This document shows positions 36,492-46,828 of a stretch of DNA of 64,000 nucleotides, in pieces; position 1 is the stretch's first letter; every line of letters begins with the position of its first letter. This DNA comes from a bacterium. Lineage in GTDB: Bacteria > Electryoneota > Electryoneia > Electryoneales > Electryoneaceae. Under the pieces are notes generated by a model. The model had not been told where the DNA came from. It was given only the letters and a program-made list of their open reading frames with translations, and ran no database searches. The translations under genes and the position numbers were made by a program. The stretch covers positions 5,024,001-5,088,000 of the forward strand of contig OY769902.1 in assembly GCA_963669175.1 (NCBI GenBank), written 5' to 3'.

Positions 36492-38528
36492 TCACTCTCC
36501 GAACTCAGCGTCCAGTGTCCGCTGCACCAAGTCGTCATCCACCAGGAACGGCAGTGTGATATGGTCCGTATCAGCATTCTGCTGGTTGTACTCGACCACG
36601 GTTTCAATGCTGTGCGGGTTACGTGCCCAGCTACGACGCGCCACACCGCCCATCACATCCCACGGCATCGACTTGCGGATAATAGTATCAACACGTTCGC
36701 TGCCGTCCAGCACCAGCCCGAAGCCGCCGTTGATGGCCTTGGAGATGCCCACACCGCCACCGTTGTGCAGCGCGATCATGCTCATCCCACGCGCAGCGTT
36801 GCCGCCCCAGCAGTGAATCGCCATATCGGCCGTGATGTTACTGCCGTCCTTGATGTTGGCGGTTTCACGGAACGGGCTGTCAGTGCCGCCCGGGTCATGG
36901 TGATCACGGCCCAGCATGATCGGTCCGACGATACCGTCACGCACCATCTGGTTGAACTTCAGCGCGATCTCGGTACGGCCCTTGGCGTCCTGGTACAGGA
37001 TACGCGCCTGGGTGCCGACCACCAGCCTGTTCTTCATCGCGTCACGCGCCCAGATCATGTTGTCACGGTCCTGGTAACGCAGTTCCGGACGAATCCCGGC
37101 GATAACATCCGCTGCGGCCTGATCGGTCTTGATCAGGTCTGATTCGTTCTGGCTCAGGCAGACCCAGCGGAAGGGGCCGTACCCATAGTCGAACAGTTCC
37201 GGGCCGAGGATATCTTCCACGTAGCTCGGCCAGATGAAACCGTCCTTGTCGTCACGCCCGTTTTTCGACATCTCGTCGATTCCGCTGTCGTAAAGCGCTT
37301 TCAGGAACGCGTTGCCATAATCGAAGAAGTAGCTGCCACGGTCACGCAGTTCTTTCACCAGTTCGTAATGCTTGCGTAGGGACTTGTCTACCAGGCGACG
37401 GAACTCTTCCTTGTCCGCATCCAGCAGACGGGTACGTTCCTCGAAACTGACCCCCTGCGGGCAGTAGCCGCCGTCATAGACCACATGGCAACTGGTCTGA
37501 TCGGAAAGCAGGTCGATGGGTTCGTTGTTGTCCACCGCATACTGCAGCAGATCCACGATGTTGCCGTGGAACGCAATTGCCAGTCCGACTTCATCCGCCT
37601 GTGCCGCGCGCGCCATGCGGAACGCTTCGGCGGGATCGGCGGTTACTTCGCTTACCCAGCCCTGCTCATGACGTGTCCTGACACGGCTCTCGTCGACTTC
37701 CGCGATGATCCCGGCGCCGTTGGCGATCTCCACCGCTTTACCCTGAGCGCCGCTCATACCGCCGAGGCCGGAAGTGACAAACAGCTTGCCGCGCAAGTCG
37801 CTGTCGCTGGGAACTCCCAGCATCATACGTCCGGCGATGTTGATGGTGTTGTAGGTGCCGTGTACGATCCCCTGCGGGCCGATATACATCCAGCCACCGG
37901 CAGTCATCTGGCCGTAATTGGTAACGCCCAATGCCGCACCACGAGCCCAGTCTTCCGGGTTGTCGTACATGCCGATCATGACGCCGTTGGTCGAGATCAC
38001 ACGTGGCGAGGTCTCATGGGACTTGAATAGGCCCAGCGGATGACCGGACTGCATGACAAGCGTCTGCTCACGTGTCATCACCTCGAGATACTTCTTGATA
38101 ATCTGGTATTGCATCCAGTTCTGGCAGACCTGTCCGGTTTCACCGTAGGTAACCAGTTCGTAGGGGTACAGCGCGATATCAAAATCGAGGTTGTTGTCGA
38201 TCATGACCTGGAAGGCTTTTCCCTCGATGCAGTTGCCCTTGTACTGGTCGATGGGCTTGCCCCAGAGTTTTCCTTCAGGACGGAAACGATAGCCGTAAAT
38301 ACGTCCCCGAGTCCGCAGCTCTTCCATGAACTCCGGGATCAGGGTGGCGTGGTGCTCTTCCGGGATGTAACGAAGGGCGTTGCGAAGCGCCAGCTCGGTA
38401 TCCGCACGGTTCAGCTTCGGGCTGCGTTTCGGCGCACGACGGTAGCCTTCGAGAAAGGGTTTCGGTTCCGGTAACGGACCATCCAGCTTGATGGTCATCG
38501 CATTGGCAATATCGGTATTGGTAAGCAT
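36492..38528 (-). CDS. hutU: Urocanate hydratase (long form)
   Basis: YGQMTAGGWMYIGPQGIVHGT, GLGGMSGAQ, SDQTSCH, GPFRW, GRDHHD, LHNGGGVG. Confidence 0.96.
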   Translation of the reverse strand: MLTNTDIANAMTIKLDGPLPEPKPFLEGYRRAPKRSPKLNRADTELALRNALRYIPEEHHATLIPEFMEELRTRGRIYGYRFRPEGKLWGKPIDQYKGNCIEGKAFQVMIDNNLDFDIALYPYELVTYGETGQVCQNWMQYQIIKKYLEVMTREQTLVMQSGHPLGLFKSHETSPRVISTNGVMIGMYDNPEDWARGAALGVTNYGQMTAGGWMYIGPQGIVHGTYNTINIAGRMMLGVPSDSDLRGKLFVTSGLGGMSGAQGKAVEIANGAGIIAEVDESRVRTRHEQGWVSEVTADPAEAFRMARAAQADEVGLAIAFHGNIVDLLQYAVDNNEPIDLLSDQTSCHVVYDGGYCPQGVSFEERTRLLDADKEEFRRLVDKSLRKHYELVKELRDRGSYFFDYGNAFLKALYDSGIDEMSKNGRDDKDGFIWPSYVEDILGPELFDYGYGPFRWVCLSQNESDLIKTDQAAADVIAGIRPELRYQDRDNMIWARDAMKNRLVVGTQARILYQDAKGRTEIALKFNQMVRDGIVGPIMLGRDHHDPGGTDSPFRETANIKDGSNITADMAIHCWGGNAARGMSMIALHNGGGVGISKAINGGFGLVLDGSERVDTIIRKSMPWDVMGGVARRSWARNPHSIETVVEYNQQNADTDHITLPFLVDDDLVQRTLDAEFGE

Positions 38529-38637
38529 GGTACTCTCCCTGAAATCATGTTAAGAATCCCACTCTATGGGTTCAGGATAGTAAGGAGAGTTGGGGCGGTT
38601 CTCAAGACATGGCGAGATGATTGGGTGAGGGAGGATA

Positions 38638-38848
38638 CCCGACAGCAAGCAGTCGGGCCAGACTGCAAATTAAATCGGCCCAAAACGTATCACACTGAGC
38701 GAAACCGCGTGGCCCGGTGTGCTCGCACCCGGGCGGTTGGGCAGAAATAATACATGGGGCAAAGGAAAAAGGGTACAGCCACCTTTCCCCGAAGCTCTTT
38801 CTTTCTGAATCAGCTTCATTACCAGGGAAAGGAAACTGTCCCCTTTTT
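38638..38848. repeat. Cluster of three different palindromic elements
   Basis: CCCGACAGCAAGCAGTCGGGCC (38638), GTGGCCCGGTGTGCTCGCACCCGGGC (38709) and a GGGTACAG...CTGTCCC unit (38766-38848). Confidence 0.75.
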
Positions 38849-38874
38849 CTACAACTATCTGTTCTGATTTGTAA

Positions 38875-39831
38875 CTACTTCAGCGCCCTCACAATCGCAT
38901 TCACATTGAAGCGCATGTAATTCAAGTATGTATCCGCCTCGCCGCCCGGCTCGCCAAGTGAACCAGTATAGATACGCACTAGTTTCACTCCGGTGTCGGA
39001 GGCGATACGTTCGGACAGTTGCGGATTAACCGTAGTTCCGGTAAAGATCGCACGTACTCCCTGCGCACGGATCTGATCTTCCAGCGCTGCCAGTTCCTGC
39101 GCGGACGGTTCCGCGAGAGTACTCACCCCCTGAAAGACGGTACCCGTGGTCTCGAAACCATACCGCTGTGCAAAATAGCCGAACACACGATGATCCGTAA
39201 CCAGCTTTCGTTGATCTTCCGGAATCGTCGCGACCTGTTCCCTGATCCACGTATCCAGTTGTTCCAGAGAATCGATATAGGCCGCAGCTCTTTCCTTATA
39301 CTGGTCATCGTTCTTCGGGTCAAGGTTGCACATGGTTTCCGTGACCACTCGCACCCAATCCATCACCAGGACCGGGTCCATCCAGACATGCGGATCAAGC
39401 GTATGATGGTGGCCTTCATGATGCTCATGTTCTGCTTCTTCGGCCTCTTCCTGATGCGGTTCAAAGGTGCGTGGAGAAATTCCCTGCGACAGAACCACTT
39501 CTTTTTCCGCTGTCCCGGCCGCTTCCAGCAGGTTCGCCAGCGAATGCTCCAGCCCCAGGCCATTCAGGAATACAACATTCGCATCAGCCAGGATTTTCAT
39601 ATCGGCGGGTGTCGGTTCAAAGCCATGCGGGTCGGCGCCGACCGGCAGAAGAGGTGTCACCCTTTGAAATGGAACCTGCTGCACAATATCTGCGGCAATG
39701 GTTGTGGTGGCTACTATGCGAAAGGGATCGTACTCATAGTGATTTTTTTTACCGCAACCTCCCGTCAACAACCCCAGTATGAGCCCCACTCCAGACACGA
39801 CAGGCAGGATGTTCTTGATATATTTTTGCAT
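38875..39831 (-). CDS. Zn/Mn ABC transporter substrate-binding lipoprotein (ZnuA/TroA family)
   Basis: Lipobox TGGC, DPHGFEP, NGLGLE, His-rich loop, DPHVWMDP, HRVFGYFA. Probable start 39831. Confidence 0.9.
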   Translation of the reverse strand: MQKYIKNILPVVSGVGLILGLLTGGCGKKNHYEYDPFRIVATTTIAADIVQQVPFQRVTPLLPVGADPHGFEPTPADMKILADANVVFLNGLGLEHSLANLLEAAGTAEKEVVLSQGISPRTFEPHQEEAEEAEHEHHEGHHHTLDPHVWMDPVLVMDWVRVVTETMCNLDPKNDDQYKERAAAYIDSLEQLDTWIREQVATIPEDQRKLVTDHRVFGYFAQRYGFETTGTVFQGVSTLAEPSAQELAALEDQIRAQGVRAIFTGTTVNPQLSERIASDTGVKLVRIYTGSLGEPGGEADTYLNYMRFNVNAIVRALK

Positions 39832-40180
39832 GATCAATGTCCCCTTCTCGATGAATAACTCTGCCAGTTTCGGACAGCTTAACAATCGGATACTACACAG
39901 AAGGCAAAGGGAAAGCAAGGAACGGCGAGACGGCATGCGGACTTTGTTTTCGACGATCAAATGCAGGAATACAAAAACACGGTGAGGGCAGACGCCGGCT
40001 CAACACACAGGCGATCCCCTGTGCTGCCTGCCCCACCGTGCGCAAAAAACTGTTCCGGGATTAAAGGAATATAACGACCTGCTCCCAATAATACTCGCCT
40101 CATTTTCGGAGATTTTGAAAAAGTTGTTCCAAGACGGTTTAGTTTATCTGTTTCCTATCCTTGTCCACAGACAGAAAAAG

Positions 40181-40207
40181 AAAACCCTTGATCGACTGAA
40201 CAAGGGT
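40181..40207 (-). terminator. Probable intrinsic terminator of bioY
   Basis: ACCCTTG...CAAGGGT stem with a T-run on the minus strand. Confidence 0.55.
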
Positions 40208-40232
40208 ATAAAAGTCAACGCATGATCATCAA

Positions 40233-40814
40233 TCACTTCTTACGAACCTTACGGTATCCCATCACGACACCGGCTGCCAGGCAGACTTTTACGATATCCA
40301 GGGGCAGAAACGGCGCAACGCCCAGCATGAAAGCCGTAACCGGCGAATACTGGTAGAAGAGCACCAGTTGCAGCCACCCCAATCCGAGAATTAGCAAACT
40401 GGCGAGGAACATACTCATCCAGACATGGAAATAGTTCTCGGACCGTTTTACCAGGAACCCAACCAGGATCGCCGCGGGGACAAATGCGATCAGGTAACCG
40501 CCCGTCGGCCCCATCAAGGCAGCCAGACCGACCGTTCCGGCAGCAAACAACGGCAATCCGCTGATGCCCCATAGCAGATACAGCCCCTGGCTGAAAGCGC
40601 CACGAGTTGATCCCAGGAACGCCCCGGCCAATAATACGGCAAACAACTGCCCGGTTATCGGAACCGGGGAAAACGGCAAGGGAACACGTACCATCGACGC
40701 CAGCACTGTCAACAGGGTAAAAGCCGTGATCAGTCCGGTAGACAGCAAAGCACTACGAAAGTCCTTCGCAATGCCGTTTGCAGGTTTTGTATGTTGTAAC
40801 GCTGAGCGCGCCAT
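40233..40814 (-). CDS. bioY: Biotin transporter BioY
   Basis: PFSPVPITGQLFAVLLAG, GLPLFA, GPTGGYL, GVAPFLPLDIVK. Confidence 0.93.
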   Translation of the reverse strand: MARSALQHTKPANGIAKDFRSALLSTGLITAFTLLTVLASMVRVPLPFSPVPITGQLFAVLLAGAFLGSTRGAFSQGLYLLWGISGLPLFAAGTVGLAALMGPTGGYLIAFVPAAILVGFLVKRSENYFHVWMSMFLASLLILGLGWLQLVLFYQYSPVTAFMLGVAPFLPLDIVKVCLAAGVVMGYRKVRKK

Positions 40815-41199
40815 AATACCCTTGAAATCCCAAATATTTTCTCAAGTTGGGAGGATACGAAAAAGAACCGTATTCCACAAGAGTCAAGGAAAGCCAAAGC
40901 TTTAGACCCATGCCTGGATCTGTCAACATTTTGTTTTGCCCCCACTAAGTATTCAGACGTCAGAGCGCTTGTCCTGTTTAATGTTTCAGACAACCAAACC
41001 AACTCTTTCATTATCAATATTCACCACCAGCAAGTAATCTTTTCAGATATAGCTTTGCCTGTGTTTATGCTAACTCATTTCTATTCATTTTTTCTGGCAG
41101 ACAGTTTTTATCCCCCATCAAGTTTTCTACATTTGTTGTGAATCATGGAGGATAATGCTCACCTATTTTCTTTTTGTTGCCTGATTTACGGGAGGGATC

Positions 41200-42564
41200 A
41201 TGCTATTCACGTTGAAAAGAAGCATCCTGCTTTCTGCCCTGTCACTGCTCCTGATCGTTGCTTCCTTTGTTCTGGCCGGCCCATCCGGGGACGCCCGTAT
41301 GGGGTCTTATTCGTACGATGACTTTGAGAATCCCGGCGCCTGTCGTGCTTGTCACCAGGACATTTTCCGTCAGTGGGAACAGGCCATGATGAGCCAGGCT
41401 TATACTCACCATTGGGACGAAGTCGAGTACTTCGACCTGGCTGTCGCTCATGGTGACGCGGACAAGGAATTCGAGACCGCTCACGAAGGCTGCAACGGTT
41501 GTCATACCCCAATGGCATGGCTGGCGGGCGATGTTCCCCCACCACGTCCCGGCAACAGCCGTGCGGATGAATCTGTCGCCTGCGATGTCTGCCATACCAT
41601 TACCGGCTTTGAGGGGGACACACCTTTTAACTTCAACTGGATCATCGAACCGGGGCAGGAAAAACAAGGCCCGAGGAAAGAAGGCGAAGCAGTCCCCTCG
41701 CCACACCATAAAATGGTCTATTCCGATTTTGTCAAGACAGCGGAATTCTGCGGAACCTGCCACAACGAGAAGGACGGTTTCGGCATGTGGGTCAAATCCA
41801 CTCATCTCGAGTGGAAAGAAGGCCCGTACGCGGAACAGGGTGTGGTCTGCCAGGACTGTCATATGACGTACTCGCCCGGACGTTCTGCGAAAATGGGCAA
41901 CGAACACGAAGACACAGCGCAGCATCTTTTCCACGGCGCTCATGATCCGGGCAAGATCGCAGGGACCATTGAGCTACGGATTCACCCGGACATCCGTGAA
42001 GCGGAACCCGGCGAAACGGTGCAGTTCACCCTCGCGCTGTTCAATGGCAAGACCGGGCACAAATTCCCCACCGGTTCTGTGGAAGATCGAATTGTCTGGG
42101 TGCATGTGGAAGCGAAAGACGCGGCCGGAAACACCTATCATCTCCCGGTCGATCCCAAAGGATTCGAAGGCGAGGAGATGACCATCGCAGCAGATGTGCT
42201 GGCCTATCAGGACATGGGACCAATTCTCGGCATTGCTGATTTCAAAGGAGTGCAACGTGATGGTGTGCCGGTTGGTGACCGGATTTTCCGCATGCCCTAT
42301 CTCGATCCCCAGGGACGCATGACGATCATGCAGTGGAACACGGTCTCGTTTGGTCCGGACTACCGGATCGGCCCACGTGAGACCAAGCTGGAAACCTATA
42401 CGTTTGACCTGCCCTTTGAGGCGGAACCGGGCGAGATGACCATTACCGCAACCATGTACTACAAACTGCTGGTCAAACCTGTCGCGGATTTGCTTGGCGC
42501 GGAAGAAGAAGGCCATACTGTATTGGTGAATAGTCACAGTACACTGGTGACGGTGTTGCCGTAG
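41200..42564 (+). CDS. Periplasmic pentaheme cytochrome c (c554/c552-like)
   Basis: Signal peptide; five CxxCH motifs (CRACH, CNGCH, CDVCH, CGTCH, CQDCH); GHKFPTG C-terminal domain. Confidence 0.9.
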   Translation: MLFTLKRSILLSALSLLLIVASFVLAGPSGDARMGSYSYDDFENPGACRACHQDIFRQWEQAMMSQAYTHHWDEVEYFDLAVAHGDADKEFETAHEGCNGCHTPMAWLAGDVPPPRPGNSRADESVACDVCHTITGFEGDTPFNFNWIIEPGQEKQGPRKEGEAVPSPHHKMVYSDFVKTAEFCGTCHNEKDGFGMWVKSTHLEWKEGPYAEQGVVCQDCHMTYSPGRSAKMGNEHEDTAQHLFHGAHDPGKIAGTIELRIHPDIREAEPGETVQFTLALFNGKTGHKFPTGSVEDRIVWVHVEAKDAAGNTYHLPVDPKGFEGEEMTIAADVLAYQDMGPILGIADFKGVQRDGVPVGDRIFRMPYLDPQGRMTIMQWNTVSFGPDYRIGPRETKLETYTFDLPFEAEPGEMTITATMYYKLLVKPVADLLGAEEEGHTVLVNSHSTLVTVLP

Positions 42565-42585
42565 ATGCACTGATGTGAAAACGGT

Positions 42586-42735
42586 ATTCATTCCCACGTA
42601 GGTGGGAATCCAGTCATATTGCGATATTACAAGAAGTTAAGTATTCTCAAGAGGCTCGGTACATAAAAAGCTGTTTGTGTGCGCAACTTGTTGTATTGTC
42701 GATACTTGCCTGGATCACCACCTTCGTGGGGATGA
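42586..42735. repeat. TCATYCCC...GGGATGA-type palindromic element
   Basis: TTCATTCCCACGTAGGTGGGAATCCAG ... CTGGATCACCACCTTCGTGGGGATGAA; relatives at about 12762, 26175, 45805, 52722 and 62226. Confidence 0.7.
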
Positions 42736-42972
42736 AAGCGCTGCTGCTTCTGAAATAGCGTTTAAGGAAGTGATCGCGAGAAATCAATGAAACCCGGGTG
42801 GCCCGACTCACACGTGATAAGGTCACCACTACCGTTGCAGAGAAATACAATGATGCTGCATTAATCCAAAATGCAACAACGAGTGAGTCGGGATTGCGAC
42901 AAATTCTGATATAGTGTTCAAGGAAATGTTCGCGATAAAAAGACGATTGAGTAAAACCATAGAGGGGGTACG

Positions 42973-44142
42973 ATGAAGAAGGTGCTGACTGTTTTGTTGC
43001 TGACCGGTCTGTTTGTGATGTTGGGCGTTGAGCAGGCGATGGCGATTCCGGCTTTTGCCCGTAAATACCAAATGTCCTGCACGACTTGCCATGCTCCATT
43101 TCCACGTTTGAAAGATTACGGCGACGAATTCGCGGGAAATGGCTTCATTCTCGAGGACCAGGAATCTCCGCGCTATTTCGTGGACACAGGCGACATGAAC
43201 CTGGATCTGATCCGTGACTTTCCGATTGCCATGCGGATTGAATCTTACGCCATCATAGATGAGACCAACCAAAAGGATCTGGATTTCCGGACGCCGTATA
43301 AAATCAAATTGTTCAGCGGCGGCGCGTTGACGGAGCATGTGTCCTATTACCTCTATTTTTATATGGACGAACGTGGTGTGGTTGAGGGCCTGGACGATGC
43401 CTTCATCATGTTCAATAACATGTTGGGGCAGGATCTGGACATCTATGTCGGTCAGTTTGCCCTGTCCGATCCTATGCTGAAAAGCGAGTTGCGCCTGACC
43501 TATGAAGATTATGTCCCCTACAAGCAACGTGTCGGCGCATCTTCGATCCGTCTCTCCTATGATCGCGGTATGATGGTGACCTGGGGCTTGCCGACCAACA
43601 CCGGGACCGGACTGACAGTTATTGCCGTGAACGGGAACGGTATCGGCGCTGCAAACGGTGACCATAGTTTCGATTCCGATGCCAACAAGGTTTTTGCCGG
43701 ACACCTGAGCCAGGATATCGCCGGGCTGGCCGGGATCGGTGTTTTCGGCCTGTTTGGTTCAGAGGAAAACAGCGCCGCACTCACCAACGACGTCAACATC
43801 ATCGGGGTTGATCTTGGCTTCGGGTTGGGACCTGTCGATATCAGCGGACAATACCTGATGCGTACCGACTCTGATCCCCTGTTCGCTAATGTTTCCGGAG
43901 ATGACATGGAAACCGAGGGCATGATTGCAGAGGCTGTATTCTGGCCGCATGGCGATCACAGCACCTGGTACGTGACCGGATTGTACAATCGTATCGCCTC
44001 CGACCTGGGTTCGGACTATGAAAGTGTCACCGGGCACTTCGGCTACCTGGTACAAACCAATATCCGCCTCGGCCTGGAAGCAACCTACGACATGGAAAGC
44101 GAACAGACGGTGTTGGGCGTGGGGCTGAACGCAGCGTTTTAG
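42973..44142 (+). CDS. Cyc2-like monoheme cytochrome fused to an outer-membrane porin
   Basis: After the signal peptide: AIPAFARKYQMSCTTCHAPFPRLKDYGDEF, then beta-barrel strands and a terminal Phe. Confidence 0.8.
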   Translation: MKKVLTVLLLTGLFVMLGVEQAMAIPAFARKYQMSCTTCHAPFPRLKDYGDEFAGNGFILEDQESPRYFVDTGDMNLDLIRDFPIAMRIESYAIIDETNQKDLDFRTPYKIKLFSGGALTEHVSYYLYFYMDERGVVEGLDDAFIMFNNMLGQDLDIYVGQFALSDPMLKSELRLTYEDYVPYKQRVGASSIRLSYDRGMMVTWGLPTNTGTGLTVIAVNGNGIGAANGDHSFDSDANKVFAGHLSQDIAGLAGIGVFGLFGSEENSAALTNDVNIIGVDLGFGLGPVDISGQYLMRTDSDPLFANVSGDDMETEGMIAEAVFWPHGDHSTWYVTGLYNRIASDLGSDYESVTGHFGYLVQTNIRLGLEATYDMESEQTVLGVGLNAAF

Positions 44143-44370
44143 ATGGGCATATTCTGTTGGTCTGAAAAGGTCTCACGCAAAGACGCAAGGAAACAAAAGC
44201 AAAGAAATATTCTTCAGGGCAACCTGTTAGGATGAATCTATCTCGTGAGTGAATTGTAGTGTTCAAGTTTTGAGTCTCTCAAGCAGGCAGATCATAGAAA
44301 ATCTGACCTGCTTTTCTATTTATATCAACTTTACGTTTCCTCACAAGAATTTGTGCATCCGGGCGATGTT

Positions 44371-44628
44371 GTGGCAGGTCTTGACGCGACATTTCGTCTT
44401 CGACTTTTGCTGTGTTTTCCAGAATGCACAATGATACTGAAACCACCTCGCGCCCTGTTATTGTCGCGTTGTGACCTGCCACCTGATTCAACATTCTCGC
44501 TGTCGTCAGGTCACAACGTGATGCCTGATGACGATCCATCAAGCGAAATAGCATGTGTGAAGTCGGACAGGTGTCTGAAATTGCGGAGAAGAACGCGAAA
44601 ACGGCATCACGTCAAGACCTGACGAAAC
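44371..44628. repeat. REPIN-like doublet of CAGGTCTTG.../...TGTGACCTG long-loop hairpins
   Basis: Same stems and same TTG/TGT asymmetry as the repeats flanking the RAYT gene at 63134-63310. Confidence 0.8.
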
Positions 44629-44801
44629 GAACTCGTAGATAATTCACACAAATTCCTGTGAGCAGCCAACTTTACAACAAAAAAATACCATTATAATCAC
44701 ATCCTCATCATCCTATTATCCTGAGAGTCAATCATCCTGTTCATCCTTTTTATCCTGCCCATCCTGTAAATTCTGCTTGAGAGTCTGGCGAAGAGTGAGA
44801 G

Positions 44802-45704
44802 TCAGGCGCGGGGATGGAAGCGTTGGTGGACCTCGCGCATGAAGTCCTGCTCGACATGGGTGTAGATCTGGGTGGTAGCGATATCGGCATGGCCCAGCAT
44901 TTCCTGCACAGAGCGTAGATCCGCGCCGGCCTCGATCAGGTGCGTGGCGAAGGTATGCCGGAAAACGTGTGGCGTGACATGAACTCGTAGTTTTAACGGT
45001 TCGGCATATTTTCGGATGATTTTGTATACGGCATCCCGGGTCAGCGGACGTCCCCGTATGGACAGGAATAACGCCCCCTCATCTTTGCCATAATCACGCG
45101 CCAGGTTGGCACGGTCGCCGTTGAGCAGGTAACGGTCGCGTATCCAATAGACCGCCGTATCCCCGATGGGCACAATCCGTTCCTTCGATCCCTTCCCGAA
45201 GACGCGGACAAAGCCCTCTTTCCAGAACCCGTCACGCAGTTTGAACCCCACCAGCTCACTGACCCGCAGCCCGCACGCCCACAGCATCTCCAGCATGGCA
45301 CGATCCCGCACGCCCAGTGGATCACCGGTAGAAGGCGATTCCACCAGCTCTTGCGCCTGATCAATGGTCAAGAAAGTTGGAAGATGGCTGGTACGACGTG
45401 AGGCTTTGATACCGGCCGCCGGGTCGCGTCGCGTCAATCCTTCCGCGGCGAGAAACTTGTGAAAATGACGGATCGCGCTGGCAGCGCGTGCACGACTGCT
45501 CTCGGCTAGCCCAAGATCTTTCAACAACGCCAGGTGTTCGACGATGTTCCGTTTCTCCACACGTTCGGCGCGTGTGATCATGAAACGGTCTTTCATGTCA
45601 GCGATGTAACGCAGCAAGTCGTGACGGTAGCCGTCAACCGTATGCTCGCTACGTGTACGCTCCAACCGTAAATGACTGAGAAACTCTTCCAGTTCGTCAA
45701 ACAT
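44802..45704 (-). CDS. xerD: Site-specific tyrosine recombinase XerD
   Basis: RDRAMLEML..CGLRVSEL, GKGSKERIVP, TPHVFRHTFATHL, DLRSVQEMLGHADIATTQIYTH. Confidence 0.9.
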   Translation of the reverse strand: MFDELEEFLSHLRLERTRSEHTVDGYRHDLLRYIADMKDRFMITRAERVEKRNIVEHLALLKDLGLAESSRARAASAIRHFHKFLAAEGLTRRDPAAGIKASRRTSHLPTFLTIDQAQELVESPSTGDPLGVRDRAMLEMLWACGLRVSELVGFKLRDGFWKEGFVRVFGKGSKERIVPIGDTAVYWIRDRYLLNGDRANLARDYGKDEGALFLSIRGRPLTRDAVYKIIRKYAEPLKLRVHVTPHVFRHTFATHLIEAGADLRSVQEMLGHADIATTQIYTHVEQDFMREVHQRFHPRA

Positions 45705-45921
45705 CTGCTTCTGCTTGTTGTTTGAAGTATGGTTAAATCACTCAAAAACTGTCACGAATTAAGGGTAAGGTTATCGAATAACAACTTTGTTCGGCTCTAC
45801 TCAAGATCCCCGATACGCCTCGGCGCACAAGTCCCCGCCTGCCAGGCTGGGATGAGAGTGTTTTCTATTCTGATACAGTCTACTGCGCTGGAGATGACAG
45901 AATGGGACAGTACTCTCTTGA

Positions 45922-46809
45922 CTACAGAACAGCGTCAATAAGCGACCTTAGAGTTTTAATATACGCCGGTGCAGTACCGCAACACCCTCCGACTACTCTC
46001 ACGTGATTGATTAATACCCCGGCGGCTTGTGTCCAGGTCTGCTCATTTTCAGGCCATGCAAATCCCCGATCACTTTGCACGGGTACTCCAGCCGAAGGCG
46101 CATACCATAATGGCAGTGAGGTCCATTCAGTAAGCTGGCGCATGAGTGATGATAGGGCAACCGCCCCATCACCGCAATTCACACCGACGGCAGCAACACC
46201 TTCCTGCTCAGCCTTCTTGATTGCCTCCTCAAGCGGTTCGCCCTGAAATGTCTGCCATTGCCCTTGTTTCATGACCGGACTGAACGAGACAACAATGGGG
46301 ATAGCCTGCCCGGTAACTTCCTGAATCGCATGGATTGCGAGGTTGGCTTCATCAACGCTCAACACCGATTCTATTACAATAAGATCAATCCCCTCATCCA
46401 ACATCCACCCAGCCTGTTTCGCATATCCAGTCTTGATTTGCCCTTCCGTTGGCGGCGTCGCAGAGGTGAAACCGGCCGGTCCCAGGACACCCGCAACAAG
46501 GCATTCTTCGTCAGCAACTTCCCGAACAATCCTCACGGCTGCACGGTTGATCTCTTCAGCCCGGTTTTCAAGCCCAAAAGACGCCAGTCGTTCCGGATGC
46601 GCGCCGAAGGTGCAAGTCTGAAGAATCTCAGCGCCAGCATTTTTGTACGATTTAACCAGACGGGCGATTGCAGACGAGTCCTGCAATACGAGTTCTTCGG
46701 GGCATTGCTTCCAGTGAACGCCGGATTGTTGGAGAAGTGTCCCCAGCGCACCATCGGCCAGAAGGGGTACTCCCTGTTTCAAACGATCCAGAAAAGACTT
46801 TTTTGCCAT
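45922..46809 (-). CDS. Homocysteine S-methyltransferase family protein (stand-alone domain)
   Basis: LLADGALGT, TCTFGA, VGVNC, VGGCCGT. Confidence 0.88.
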   Translation of the reverse strand: MAKKSFLDRLKQGVPLLADGALGTLLQQSGVHWKQCPEELVLQDSSAIARLVKSYKNAGAEILQTCTFGAHPERLASFGLENRAEEINRAAVRIVREVADEECLVAGVLGPAGFTSATPPTEGQIKTGYAKQAGWMLDEGIDLIVIESVLSVDEANLAIHAIQEVTGQAIPIVVSFSPVMKQGQWQTFQGEPLEEAIKKAEQEGVAAVGVNCGDGAVALSSLMRQLTEWTSLPLWYAPSAGVPVQSDRGFAWPENEQTWTQAAGVLINHVRVVGGCCGTAPAYIKTLRSLIDAVL

Positions 46810-46828
46810 GGTTCTTTCAGCGCCTCAG

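Noticed and set aside
44802-45704. Island or prophage integrase
   Set aside because: The motifs match housekeeping XerD; there is no att site, tRNA or phage gene nearby.
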